Below are positions 9,622 to 19,076 of a stretch of DNA of 23,189 nucleotides, piece by piece. The stretch comes from Pseudomonadota bacterium (GTDB lineage: Bacteria; Bdellovibrionota_B; Oligoflexia; Oligoflexales; RGVZ01): the NCBI GenBank assembly GCA_041178085.1, contig JBEGVZ010000078.1:1-23189 (forward strand), read 5' to 3'. Position 1 is the stretch's first letter, and every line of letters starts with the position of its first letter. Below the pieces are notes generated by a model. The model was not told the DNA's origin. It saw nothing but the letters and a program-made list of their open reading frames with translations, and ran no database searches. The position numbers and the translations under genes were made by a program.

Positions 9622-12492
9622 TTGGAGACGATCAAACTCAAAGGGGTCAGCACCCATAACCTGAAGTCGATTGACGCCAGCTTTCCCCTTGGCAAGCTGA
9701 CCGTGGTGACTGGTGTATCCGGTTCAGGGAAGAGTTCGCTGGTCTTCGACACGCTCTACAGCGAGTCATACCGGCGTTACGTTGAGAGCCTTTCGAGCTT
9801 TGCCCGCCAATATCTCAAGGCCCTTCCCAAGCCGAAGGTCGAGAACGTGCAAAACCTGCCGGCAGCGATTGCCGTGCGGCAGTCGCGATCCGGCGCAACT
9901 TCGCGCAGCACGGTGGGTACCCTGACCGAAATCAACGACTTGCTGCGCGTTCTTTTCGTCCACCTGTCAAAAATACACTGCCAGTCGTGTGGCAACGTTG
10001 TGGAACCGGAAACGCCGCCAACCATTGTTGCCAAGACTCGAGAAGCCTTTGCCCCCGGGGCGACCGTCACGATCGCAGCTCCCCTGGCTCGCTGGGAAAA
10101 GGTGAAGCCAAAGGAGTTGCGCGCCCAGCTCGAGGCACAGGGTTTTTCGCGGTTGATCGCACCTGGCGATGGTGAGCTGGTCAGGATCGGTGAACTGACA
10201 GACGCGCAGCTCAAAGCACTACAAAAATACGCAGTTGTGATCGACCGTACAGAGATCAAACCGGATGCAAAAGATCCAAGGTTGTACGACGCGGCGAGGC
10301 TGGCTCTGCGCGTCGGGCGTGGCAGTGCGAGTGTCTTCGGCGCAGCGAAAGGTGGAAGTCCGGCACTGCGCCTTGATTTTACCGATGGCCTGGATTGCTG
10401 CGGCGTAACTTACAGCCAGCCCGGTCTTGCCCTGCTGTCCTTCAATCATCCCCTTGGCGCTTGCGAGACCTGTCAGGGTTTTGGGTACGCGAGTGAGTTG
10501 GACTGGGACAAAATCCTGCCGGACCTGGATGCGTCCTTGTCGGATGCCGGCGTGGCGCCGTGGAATTTTGGCCAGCATGATGGATGCTACGACTGGGCGT
10601 TGCGCAGCGCAAAAGCCGGCCGGCTGGCCGTCGCGCGCAAACCTTTCCGTGACTATTCGGCTGCGGAAATGAACTGGCTGAAAACCGGTGAACTGCCCGG
10701 GAGCAAGGGCACCGATTACGACGGAATTTTTGGCTACTTCAGGTGGCTGGACAGCAAACGTTACAAGCCCCATTACCGCATCCATGCAGCGCGCTTTCGC
10801 AAGTACGTGATTTGCCCATTGTGTCAGGGCGCACGCTTGAAACGGCGCTCGCTTGCTTGCAAGATCCTGGGTCTGAATATCGCCGAAGCGCAGGCCATGC
10901 CGGTCGCAGATTTCGCCCGCTGGCTTGCGGACTTGCGAAAAACTGCAACGGAGCAGGGATTCCTGGACCCCAAAAAACGCTCGCGGATCGAACGGGGAAT
11001 GACGGGGCTGGTGGAAGCGTTTGATGAGGCGGAAGCCCGCATTGCCTATCTGGAACGTATTGGTGTCGGCTACCTGACTCTTGATCGTGCTTCGCGGACG
11101 CTTTCCGGGGGAGAGCTTCAGCGGATCAACATGGCTCGATGCCTGGGCAGCGCCTTGACTGATACATTGTTCTGCCTTGACGAACCATCCGTGGGACTTC
11201 ACGCAAGGGATTCCCAGCGCCTTCTGGACATCATGCGTGAGATGCGCGATCAGGGTAACACAGTGGTCGTGGTCGAGCATGAACGCACCGTCATCGAGGG
11301 GGCAGATCAACTCATCGAGGTCGGGCCCAAAGCCGGTCACGAAGGCGGCCAAATCGTTTTCGCCGGACCCGCGAAAAGCGGCGGCGGATCCAAGGCCACT
11401 TCAGGCGGGATTGCCGCGTCCACCTGGGAGCCCTCGCGGGCAAAGTTCATCGAGCTGGCTGGGGCTGCGACCAATAACCTGAAGGGCGTATCGATCAGGA
11501 TTCCTGTGGGTGCCCTGACGGCAGTGTGTGGTGTCAGTGGCAGCGGCAAGACCAGCCTTATCCAACATACTTTTTATCCCATGGTCGCAGGCATACTGGG
11601 GCAGGAAGTTGGCGGGCCTTCAGGGAGTGGTAGCGAGCGTTGCCGCGCAAAGTCGGTAAAACCGGCGCCACTTATCAAGGCCCACTCCGAAATTTTGCTG
11701 ATGAGTCAGGCGGCGCTGGGGCGGAGTTCGCGCTCCAATATCGCGACTTACCTTGGGATTTTTGATGAGATCCGCAAACTCATGGCTTCGGAACCCCTGG
11801 CTAAAAAGCTGGGTCTTTCACCCGGGGCGTTCAGTTTCAATACACCGGGCGGACGATGTGAAACATGCCGCGGCCTTGGCTCAGTGACGGAAGACCTGTC
11901 GTTCCTGGGTGAGATGGATGTGATTTGTCCTGATTGCCAGGGTCGTCGATTTGGTGACGACGTGATGAGCGTCCAGTGGCGCGGCAAGAACCTGGCCGAT
12001 ATCCTTGCGATGACGGTGGCTGAGGCGCGGGCATTCTTTCACGATCGTCCAGCAATTGCTGAAACTCTTGGGCATGTGATGGCGATGGGGCTCGGATATG
12101 TGAACCTTGGCCAGCACACGAGTTCCTTTTCTGGGGGCGAAGCGCAGCGACTAAAGCTTTCTGAATTGCTGCGTGAGGTGAAGTCCGGAAAGCCGAAAAT
12201 CCTGATTTTTGATGAACCCACGACGGGTCTCAGCGATGTCGATGTCGCACGTTTGATGGAGCAGTTTCGCGCGTTGACAAAGGCCGGGCATACCGTGATT
12301 GTGGTGGAGCACCACCTGGATGTCTTGCGCGCTGCCGACTGGTTGATTGAAATCGGACCTGATGCGGCCGTCGCTGGTGGCGAGTTGGTGTATGAGGGAA
12401 TCCCGGGCGGCATCGCTGCAGTGGAACGCTCCCTGACCAGGGCATTCATCGACCGCAAATTGAATCTCACAGCAGAGCCAAGGGGCCACTGA
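9622..12492 (+). CDS. uvrA: Excinuclease ABC subunit A (UvrA family, divergent, possibly a second paralogue)
   Basis: Two ABC modules (GVSGSGKSS, LSGGELQR, LDEPSVGLH; GVSGSGKTS, FSGGEAQR, FDEPTTGL), RRYVESLS, FSFNTPGGRCETCRG zinc finger. TTG start with GGAG at 9611-9614. Confidence 0.93.
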   Translation: METIKLKGVSTHNLKSIDASFPLGKLTVVTGVSGSGKSSLVFDTLYSESYRRYVESLSSFARQYLKALPKPKVENVQNLPAAIAVRQSRSGATSRSTVGTLTEINDLLRVLFVHLSKIHCQSCGNVVEPETPPTIVAKTREAFAPGATVTIAAPLARWEKVKPKELRAQLEAQGFSRLIAPGDGELVRIGELTDAQLKALQKYAVVIDRTEIKPDAKDPRLYDAARLALRVGRGSASVFGAAKGGSPALRLDFTDGLDCCGVTYSQPGLALLSFNHPLGACETCQGFGYASELDWDKILPDLDASLSDAGVAPWNFGQHDGCYDWALRSAKAGRLAVARKPFRDYSAAEMNWLKTGELPGSKGTDYDGIFGYFRWLDSKRYKPHYRIHAARFRKYVICPLCQGARLKRRSLACKILGLNIAEAQAMPVADFARWLADLRKTATEQGFLDPKKRSRIERGMTGLVEAFDEAEARIAYLERIGVGYLTLDRASRTLSGGELQRINMARCLGSALTDTLFCLDEPSVGLHARDSQRLLDIMREMRDQGNTVVVVEHERTVIEGADQLIEVGPKAGHEGGQIVFAGPAKSGGGSKATSGGIAASTWEPSRAKFIELAGAATNNLKGVSIRIPVGALTAVCGVSGSGKTSLIQHTFYPMVAGILGQEVGGPSGSGSERCRAKSVKPAPLIKAHSEILLMSQAALGRSSRSNIATYLGIFDEIRKLMASEPLAKKLGLSPGAFSFNTPGGRCETCRGLGSVTEDLSFLGEMDVICPDCQGRRFGDDVMSVQWRGKNLADILAMTVAEARAFFHDRPAIAETLGHVMAMGLGYVNLGQHTSSFSGGEAQRLKLSELLREVKSGKPKILIFDEPTTGLSDVDVARLMEQFRALTKAGHTVIVVEHHLDVLRAADWLIEIGPDAAVAGGELVYEGIPGGIAAVERSLTRAFIDRKLNLTAEPRGH

Positions 12493-12494
12493 TT

Positions 12495-13310
12495 ATGAGT
12501 CGTTATGCCATTCGTGATTCTGTGACCACCGTTCAGTTGCTGAAAAGAAAGCAGACCGGAGAAAAAATTTCCGTCGTGACTTGTTACGACGCCGCATTCG
12601 GCCGCCTTGTTGAAGATTCTCCTGTCGATGTCGTACTGGTCGGCGACAGCCTCGGCAATGTGATCCTGGGCCACGACAGCACCATCCCCGTTACTTTGAA
12701 TGACATGATTCACCACGCGTCAGCAGTCACGCGGGTGGTCAAACGTCCCCTGATCGTGGTCGACATGCCTTTTTTGACCTGTCAGGTCTCTGTCGAGGAG
12801 ACTTTGCGCAATTGTGGCCGGGTCATCCAGGAGAGTGGCGCGCAAGCGGTCAAGATCGAGGGCGGGCAGAATATTTTGCCCCAGGTACGTGCGTTGGTGG
12901 CAGCCGGGATCCCGGTGATGGGCCACCTTGGTTTGACGCCACAAAGTGTTCACGCGATGGGTGGTTATAAAGTTCAGGGCAAGGGTGGTGACGCGCGCAA
13001 GCGAATCATTGAAGATGCGGTGGCGCTGGCAGATGCGGGCATTTTTTCGTTGGTTCTCGAGATGGTCCCTGCGGAACTCGCAGCGGAAGTCACTGCGGCA
13101 ATTCCAGTCCCTACCATCGGGATTGGTGCGGGTGGGGGATGCGATGGTCAGGTCCTGGTTCTTCATGACCTGCTGGGTTTTGATGAAGGGTTCAATCCAA
13201 AGTTTTTGAAAAAGTATGCCAACCTGGGTGCGGTCGTGCGCGACGCATTGGCGAAGTATGACAAGGAAGTGAAGTCCGGAAGCTTCCCTGCAGCGAAGAA
13301 CGAGTTTTAA
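12495..13310 (+). CDS. panB: 3-methyl-2-oxobutanoate hydroxymethyltransferase
   Basis: TCYDA, LVGDSLG, VVDMPF, AVKIEGG, PVMGHLGLTPQS, PTIGIGAG, DGQVLVLHDLLG. Confidence 0.98.
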   Translation: MSRYAIRDSVTTVQLLKRKQTGEKISVVTCYDAAFGRLVEDSPVDVVLVGDSLGNVILGHDSTIPVTLNDMIHHASAVTRVVKRPLIVVDMPFLTCQVSVEETLRNCGRVIQESGAQAVKIEGGQNILPQVRALVAAGIPVMGHLGLTPQSVHAMGGYKVQGKGGDARKRIIEDAVALADAGIFSLVLEMVPAELAAEVTAAIPVPTIGIGAGGGCDGQVLVLHDLLGFDEGFNPKFLKKYANLGAVVRDALAKYDKEVKSGSFPAAKNEF

Positions 13311-13311
13311 G

Positions 13312-14412
13312 ATGTCAGGAAAACGCGATTACTACGAAGTGCTCGGGCTCGAGAAGGGTGCGGCGGACTCTGAAATAAAAAGCGCCTACCGCAAGGCGGC
13401 GATGAAATATCATCCCGACCGCAATCCCGACAACGCCGAGGCCGAGGCGTTGTTCAAGGAAGCATCGGAAGCCTATGAAGTTCTTTCGAACCCGGAAAAA
13501 CGGGCAACCTATGACCGTTTCGGACATCAGGGACTGGGCGGAGGGGCCGGGTTTCAGGACGTCAACGACATCTTCCAGAGTTTCGGTTCCATTTTTGAAG
13601 AGTTTTTTGGTTTTGGTGGTGGCTTTGGTGGCGGGGGACGCACACGTGCCCGTCGCGGTGCGGACCTTCGCTTCGACTTGGCGCTCGATTTTGAGGAAGC
13701 TGTTTTCGGTGTCGAAAAAGAAATCGAGTTTGACCGTGTAGCTGCCTGCGGAAAGTGTAGTGGCAGTGGCGCAAAACCAGGCACATCGAAGACCAGGTGC
13801 CGAACCTGTCAGGGCATGGGCCAGATCCGCAGGACCCAGGGGTTCTTCAGTGTGGCAACCCCCTGCCCGACTTGTGCTGGCGAGGGTGAAACCATCGACC
13901 AACCTTGCCCGGCCTGCAAGGGCCGCGGGCGTCAGAAGGAAACGCGCAAGTTGAGCGTAAAGGTACCCGGTGGTGTAGACACGGGGCTTCGCCTGCGCGT
14001 ATCCCAGGAGGGCGAATCCGGCGCCAACGGCGGACCTGCGGGCGATTTGTATGTTGTCCTGCACGTCAAGGAGAGTGACCGTTTTGTTCGCGATGGGAAC
14101 GACTTGATCCTGACCCAGCAGATCCCCATGGTTCAGGCTGCGCTTGGAACCAAACTCAAAGTGAAAGGCGTGGATTCAGAGCACAACATCGATATCCCCG
14201 CGGGAACCCAGTACGGTCATCGCATCACAATTCCTGGTGCAGGGGTACCGAGCCTCAAGGGTGTTGGACGTGGCGACCTTCATGTTGAGATTGCGGTCGT
14301 CGTGCCACGCAAAATGACGCGTGAACAGCGGGAAGTCTTACAGAAGTTTGCAGAGCTTTCTGGGGACGACGCCCAGGGGCAGGGTGGTTTTTTCCAGCGG
14401 CTTTTCGAATAG
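13312..14412 (+). CDS. dnaJ: Class A chaperone DnaJ
   Basis: J domain (DYYEVLG, KYHPDRN), G/F-rich region, four CxxCxGxG repeats, GPAGDLYV C-terminal domain. Confidence 0.98.
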   Translation: MSGKRDYYEVLGLEKGAADSEIKSAYRKAAMKYHPDRNPDNAEAEALFKEASEAYEVLSNPEKRATYDRFGHQGLGGGAGFQDVNDIFQSFGSIFEEFFGFGGGFGGGGRTRARRGADLRFDLALDFEEAVFGVEKEIEFDRVAACGKCSGSGAKPGTSKTRCRTCQGMGQIRRTQGFFSVATPCPTCAGEGETIDQPCPACKGRGRQKETRKLSVKVPGGVDTGLRLRVSQEGESGANGGPAGDLYVVLHVKESDRFVRDGNDLILTQQIPMVQAALGTKLKVKGVDSEHNIDIPAGTQYGHRITIPGAGVPSLKGVGRGDLHVEIAVVVPRKMTREQREVLQKFAELSGDDAQGQGGFFQRLFE

Positions 14413-14417
14413 ATTTT

Positions 14418-15398
14418 TTAGTTTTCTTCCGTTTTAGCTCGTGGCGTGACGGCCACGATCCAGCCTTCGACGAGGATCTGACTTAATTGCCGGGACTGCC
14501 TTGCTGCCGGTGATTCACGCAGGTCCGGAAAAAGTTCATGATTGAGATCCAATAAAAACGCTGACAAGGCAAGAATAGCCGCATCTGCGGCGTCTGGATC
14601 TTTTTTCAGGACCTGCCAGCTGTCACAAGCCAGCTTGAGTTTGCGTTTTTCAAACTCATGGATCGTCAGTGACTCGATATTCAATGGTTGCCGCGAAGGC
14701 GCAGAGAACAAGTGGCGCCAGTAAAAAGACGGGTAGCCTTCCGCAATGATCATTGATTTTGAAGCAGTCCTTGTCGCTTGCAAGTGATCATGCGGCCAGA
14801 TGGATGGCTCGGCGGTGAGGTCTTCGCCGGGAATCAGTGCGTGGCCCAGATCACACCAGATCCGGTAGGTCCCCGACTGGATGTTCTTCTGAAAGGGATG
14901 TTTCTGGAAAACGCTGTTGCTACCCGAGATTGCTTCGCAGATCCGCCTTGGAAAAGGAGCGGTGCCCAAGGATGGGGTGGGTTTGTAGTATTGCCTTAGC
15001 AGCCCATCAAAAAAATCTGCTGCCCTTTCACGGCCGGGCTTTTCCTTTGAGTTTTTTTCATGGGTCGCAGCTTTGTAAAAAAAATCTCTTAGCTGGAATG
15101 GGTGCAGGTTTTTCGCATAAGGCAGCCCCAGAACGGAATCGACGAGGACGGCAACGTCTGCCTCCTTTTTCTGATGCTGGCGGTCCGCTAAATCGTTTTC
15201 CCGCAATAACAGCCGGATGGCTGCTGGTGTGAATGCCGGCAATTTGAGGGCCTTGCCGTGCCGGTCAAGTGCCCTCAGTTCAACAACACCATCATTTCGC
15301 TTTTGAACGACCACTGCGGGCAAGGGCTTGTAGTGATGCCCGTGTCGTGAACGCCGCACGGCGCCCGTCTGGTCGACTCCAATATAAAAATCAAACAT
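14418..15398 (-). CDS. DUF429-like predicted nuclease (RNase H fold)
   Basis: Motif order YIGVDQTGA / VLVDSVLGLP / PRRICE / IAEGYPS / DAADAAILA matches my recollection of the GID...D-x-P-x-G-x-P...EVYP...DxxDA pattern of DUF429-type proteins. ATG 15398 is preferred over TTG 15416. Confidence 0.65.
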   Translation of the reverse strand: MFDFYIGVDQTGAVRRSRHGHHYKPLPAVVVQKRNDGVVELRALDRHGKALKLPAFTPAAIRLLLRENDLADRQHQKKEADVAVLVDSVLGLPYAKNLHPFQLRDFFYKAATHEKNSKEKPGRERAADFFDGLLRQYYKPTPSLGTAPFPRRICEAISGSNSVFQKHPFQKNIQSGTYRIWCDLGHALIPGEDLTAEPSIWPHDHLQATRTASKSMIIAEGYPSFYWRHLFSAPSRQPLNIESLTIHEFEKRKLKLACDSWQVLKKDPDAADAAILALSAFLLDLNHELFPDLRESPAARQSRQLSQILVEGWIVAVTPRAKTEEN

Positions 15399-15435
15399 GG
15401 CTTTTTGACATGGCAAGTTGCCGCGATTGACGCCT

Positions 15436-15981
15436 TCAGGGCGGGCTTTTCAGCTTTGTTTTGTTTTTTTCGTACAATTTGATCGCATCGGTGACGATCC
15501 TTTGTGCGGTCGAACGATCAGCAAAATCCTCGACGACGACTTTTTTCCCCTCAAGCGCCTTGTAGTCTTCGAAGAAACGGCGGATTTCCTTCAGCCTGTG
15601 AGGTGGCAATTCTTCCATGGAGTTGTAATGGTTAAATTCGGGGTCGTCCGCGTGGACGGCAATGATCTTGTCATCGCCTTCACCCTGGTCAAACATACGC
15701 ATGACTCCGATAGGCTTTGCCCGCATGATGCACAGGGGTACGACGGTCTCCTGCCCGAGCACGAGTGCATCAAGCGGATCCTTGTCGTCGCAATAAGTCC
15801 TTGGAATAAATCCGTAGTTCGCCGGGTAGTGAACGCTGCTGGAGAGGATCCTGTCGACTTTGATCAAGCCTGAAGGTTTGTCGATCTCGTACTTAACTTT
15901 TGAGCCCTTGGGGACTTCAATGACAACCTGGATCAGCTCAGGTGCGTCTACGCCAATCTCAACATCGTGCCATGGATTCAT
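15436..15981 (-). CDS. ppa: Family I inorganic pyrophosphatase
   Basis: [55 protein letters not shown]. Confidence 0.97.
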   Translation of the reverse strand: MNPWHDVEIGVDAPELIQVVIEVPKGSKVKYEIDKPSGLIKVDRILSSSVHYPANYGFIPRTYCDDKDPLDALVLGQETVVPLCIMRAKPIGVMRMFDQGEGDDKIIAVHADDPEFNHYNSMEELPPHRLKEIRRFFEDYKALEGKKVVVEDFADRSTAQRIVTDAIKLYEKNKTKLKSPP

Positions 15982-15984
15982 TTT

Positions 15985-17253
15985 TCAACCTTCTTGATTC
16001 GTGGCTTCCTGGGAAAGCCCGGCCAATCCCTTGATCCCTGCCGTGGGTGGAATGCGGCTTGCGGCCCAGGCGGGATACAACCCGGCGACCAGGGAAACCA
16101 CAATGGCTCCCGCCGCGACGCCAGCATATGTCTTCCAGTCGTAATTCATCGGCAGGTTGGCCAGCATGTATACTTCCGGAAGGTCGATGAACTGGTAACG
16201 TTCAATCAGTTTGCTGATACCTGCTGCAAGCACACTGCCCACCGCTGCCCCGACGACACCCACCGCGGCGCCCTGGATCAGGAATAGAAGCAGCACTTCC
16301 CGGTTGGTGGCACCAAGCGCCTTGAGGATCGAGATGCTCCGTTGTTTTTGCGTCACCAGGATGAACAAGGTCGTGAGGATGTTGAAGCTGGCGACGCAGC
16401 TGACCAGGAATACGATCAGAGCGATCACGGCACGTTCGATTTGCATCGCCTCGAACAGTGACTTGTTGAAAGATTGCCACTCTTTGATCTGAAGGGTGTA
16501 CTTGTCGCCCATTTGCTCTGCAATTTGGGGGCTGCGATCCGGTTTCTTCAGGCCAATTTCCAGGCCTGTCACACGATTGCCCATGCCGAAAAAGGACTGG
16601 GCCGCATTAAGGCTGACGATGGTGAGCTTGTTGTCGTAGTGGCTCAGGCCTGAGTCATAAACTCCGACTACACGAAACGCTTGCATCTCGCCAATCCGGT
16701 CGGGATCCGGTGCGATCATCTGGATCGTATCGCCTGTTTTTGCGTTGAGCAGCGACAACAGCCCCCGCCCCACAATGACGGGGGTTGGGCCTTGCTTTTC
16801 AGCCTGACCTCGTTCGAGGTCACGCTGCAGTTCATCCAGGGCCTGAGGCGGATGGACCAGGGATCGCAGGTCCTGGACCAGCTGTCTCTGTGACGGTTCG
16901 ATGCCGCGGATCAGGGTCGTATGGAGGAGCGAGTCCTTGCGGGCCATGGTCTCGTAGTGGACGAACTTGGCCATTCCGGTCAGGTGCTGGCCGAAATCCT
17001 TGTTGATCTTCTCGGCCCAAACGTCTGGCTTGTCCAAGCCGCCAGGAAAGTTGAAGACCATGATGTGTGCATTGGCCGCCAGAAAACGGTTCTTGAGCTC
17101 GTGCTCGAAACCGTTGATGACCGACAGCACGACGGTCATGGCTGCCACGCCAATGGCTACGCCAGCGATGGAAAGTGCTGTAATCCATGAGAAAAATCGA
17201 TTTTCCCGGCTGGATTTGAGGTATCTGGCGGCGACGAAAACGGCAGTGCGCAT
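15985..17253 (-). CDS. lolE: Lipoprotein-releasing ABC transporter permease (LolC/E family)
   Basis: AARYLKS, SIAGVAIGVAAMTVVLSVINGF, MacB-type periplasmic domain, VASFNILTTL...ISILKALGA, LYPAWAASR. Start placed at ATG 17253. LolC, LolE and LolF cannot be told apart by eye. Confidence 0.88.
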   Translation of the reverse strand: MRTAVFVAARYLKSSRENRFFSWITALSIAGVAIGVAAMTVVLSVINGFEHELKNRFLAANAHIMVFNFPGGLDKPDVWAEKINKDFGQHLTGMAKFVHYETMARKDSLLHTTLIRGIEPSQRQLVQDLRSLVHPPQALDELQRDLERGQAEKQGPTPVIVGRGLLSLLNAKTGDTIQMIAPDPDRIGEMQAFRVVGVYDSGLSHYDNKLTIVSLNAAQSFFGMGNRVTGLEIGLKKPDRSPQIAEQMGDKYTLQIKEWQSFNKSLFEAMQIERAVIALIVFLVSCVASFNILTTLFILVTQKQRSISILKALGATNREVLLLFLIQGAAVGVVGAAVGSVLAAGISKLIERYQFIDLPEVYMLANLPMNYDWKTYAGVAAGAIVVSLVAGLYPAWAASRIPPTAGIKGLAGLSQEATNQEG

Positions 17254-17260
17254 GGCAGTG

Positions 17261-17289
17261 AGACTAGCTCGTTCCCAACCAGTGGTCAA
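17261..17289 (-). promoter_or_regulatory. Candidate sigma70 promoter giving a leaderless or near-leaderless lolC/E transcript
   Basis: Minus strand TTGACC-N17-TAGTCT, followed 7 nt later by the ATG; no SD sequence. Confidence 0.55.
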
Positions 17290-17365
17290 AGTGGTATGAG
17301 GCCCCTTCACCGGTTCTGGTGACGACTGCCGGGATGGGTCCGGCTAAGATGGGTGCTCTCCAGAT

Positions 17366-18298
17366 ATGAACAAACCTTTGAAATCGATGACTGGTGCCTT
17401 TGCGTTTCTGGTCCTTGGGATGCTGGGTTCCGGCTCCAAACTTCATGCAGCGGCGACCGCCCGAGGGGGTGAACTCCGTCCCAAGGTCGTGGTCAGTGTT
17501 CCGCCCCTGTTTTTGACTGTACGCGAGATTGCCGGGAATGATTTTGATGTGATCGCAGGTTTGCCGGCTGGGCGCAGCGAGCATGGTCACGAGCCCTCGG
17601 CGAAAGATGTAAAATTGCTGAAGTCTGCAAACCTCCTGGTTTTTGTCGACGAGGCAACTGACGGTTGGATGCTCAAGTTGGCGGGCAGTATTCCGCGCAT
17701 CGGAGTGTTACCGGCGGTGAAACCCATGACGTACGCCGACACGACGGGTGAGGCACTTGGCGTCGCCACCCGCTCCCTGGGTAGCAAGCTCGACCCCCAT
17801 TTCTGGACCGACCCGGTTCGCATGGGACTGGCGGCCATGGCAGTTGCCAGCCGATTGCATGCACTGAAGCCAGGAACAGCGGTGGAACGGCGCGCTTCAG
17901 AGTTCAACGCCCGCATGCAGGAGCTTTCGGTGAAGGGGAAGCAGAAGGCAACTTCCTGGCAGGGAAAGACAGCGATCCTGTCCCACGCGTCGCTGGGATA
18001 TATGTCCTCGTGGACCGGCCTCAAAGTGGTCGGATTGTTGGAGCCAGTTCCTCATGTCGAGCCTGGCCCCAGACATCTGCGTAAACTTGTCGCTGTGGCC
18101 AAAACCAATGCCCCGTGTCACGTTCTGGCCGAGGAACAATTAGATCGCAAGACGGCCGGAGTTTTGAGCGCTGAGGCCGGAATCAAAGTCAGCCGCATCA
18201 ACCCCCTTGGGAGTTCTGGGGGCAGTTCCGACGTGAGTGGAGCATACGATCGTTACCTTTTGGGTCTTGTCGACGAGATCTCTGGGGCATTTAAGTGA
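17366..18298 (+). CDS. znuA: Zn/Mn ABC transporter substrate-binding protein (cluster A-I)
   Basis: Signal peptide; metal-ligand motifs SEHGHEPSAKD, LDPHFWTDP, SHASLGY, INPLG. Confidence 0.88.
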   Translation: MNKPLKSMTGAFAFLVLGMLGSGSKLHAAATARGGELRPKVVVSVPPLFLTVREIAGNDFDVIAGLPAGRSEHGHEPSAKDVKLLKSANLLVFVDEATDGWMLKLAGSIPRIGVLPAVKPMTYADTTGEALGVATRSLGSKLDPHFWTDPVRMGLAAMAVASRLHALKPGTAVERRASEFNARMQELSVKGKQKATSWQGKTAILSHASLGYMSSWTGLKVVGLLEPVPHVEPGPRHLRKLVAVAKTNAPCHVLAEEQLDRKTAGVLSAEAGIKVSRINPLGSSGGSSDVSGAYDRYLLGLVDEISGAFK

Positions 18299-19074
18299 CC
18301 GTCGTGACTGAAAATGCTTTGTTTCCCCCGGCGCTTGAGGCCAAAGGTGTGTCCCTGGCGATCGCCGGGCGTCCAGTGTTGCACGATGTCTCCTTTCGCA
18401 TTGAGCGCGGTGATTTCCTTTGCATTTGTGGTTCCAACGGCGCTGGAAAAACCATGTTCACCAAGGTGTTGCTTGGCTTGATCGAGCCGACCCTGGGCTC
18501 TGTGTCACTTGGTGGGTTGACGCCCAAGGCGGGGCGACGCAAGACCGGCTATGTCCCGCAGCGTAAAAACTTTGACCGTCTCTTCCCTGCCAAAGTCGTT
18601 GAGGTAATCGCCGCACACCTGGAAGGCGCGTGGCCGTTGTTTGTCCGGGAAACAACCCGGGACAAGGCCGCAGCGGCGTTGCGACTGGTTGGTGCTGAGC
18701 AACATATCGACAAGGAACTGCGTGAATTGAGCGGGGGCGAGTTGCAGCGGGCATTCCTGGCGAGAGCCCTGGCTGCTGAGCCTGATTTGCTCGTCCTTGA
18801 TGAACCGATGGCTGGCGTTGATGCCAAAGGGATCCACGACATGACTGCGCTGCTCGATCACCTGGTCAGGCAACGCGGGATGACGGTGGTGATGGTGACA
18901 CACAGCCTGACCGTAGTTGAACGGTGTGCTTCCAAAATTTTGTTCATGCAAGACGGTCACGTTCGTGCGTTTGGCCCACCTGCTGAGCTATTGCAAGACG
19001 AGCATATCCGCGAGGGCGCATTCACCGGGCATGACCACGAGCATGCCATCACCAGCGGGCGGGGGGATTACTAG
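18295..19074 (+). CDS. znuC: Zn/Mn ABC transporter ATPase
   Basis: GSNGAGKT, TGYVPQ, LSGGELQR, LVLDEPMAGVD, MVTH, His-rich tail GHDHEH. GTGA overlap with znuA. Confidence 0.9.
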   Translation: MTVVTENALFPPALEAKGVSLAIAGRPVLHDVSFRIERGDFLCICGSNGAGKTMFTKVLLGLIEPTLGSVSLGGLTPKAGRRKTGYVPQRKNFDRLFPAKVVEVIAAHLEGAWPLFVRETTRDKAAAALRLVGAEQHIDKELRELSGGELQRAFLARALAAEPDLLVLDEPMAGVDAKGIHDMTALLDHLVRQRGMTVVMVTHSLTVVERCASKILFMQDGHVRAFGPPAELLQDEHIREGAFTGHDHEHAITSGRGDY

Positions 19075-19076
19075 GC

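Noticed and set aside
9543..9752. 5' extension of the SPOR ORF to 9752
   Set aside because: It is antisense to the uvrA N-terminus; GGAGG plus ATG at 9542 and the TM helix give a better start.
10219..11352. 377-aa antisense ORF within uvrA, and similar long antisense ORFs at 6002-6793, 8061-8843, 12039-12716, 13315-14064 and 22380-23054
   Set aside because: Shadow frames expected from GC-rich codon bias in well-supported genes; no motifs or RBS support.
19027..19047. His-rich tail GHDHEH on the ABC ATPase
   Set aside because: His-rich C-termini are common in ZnuC-type ATPases.
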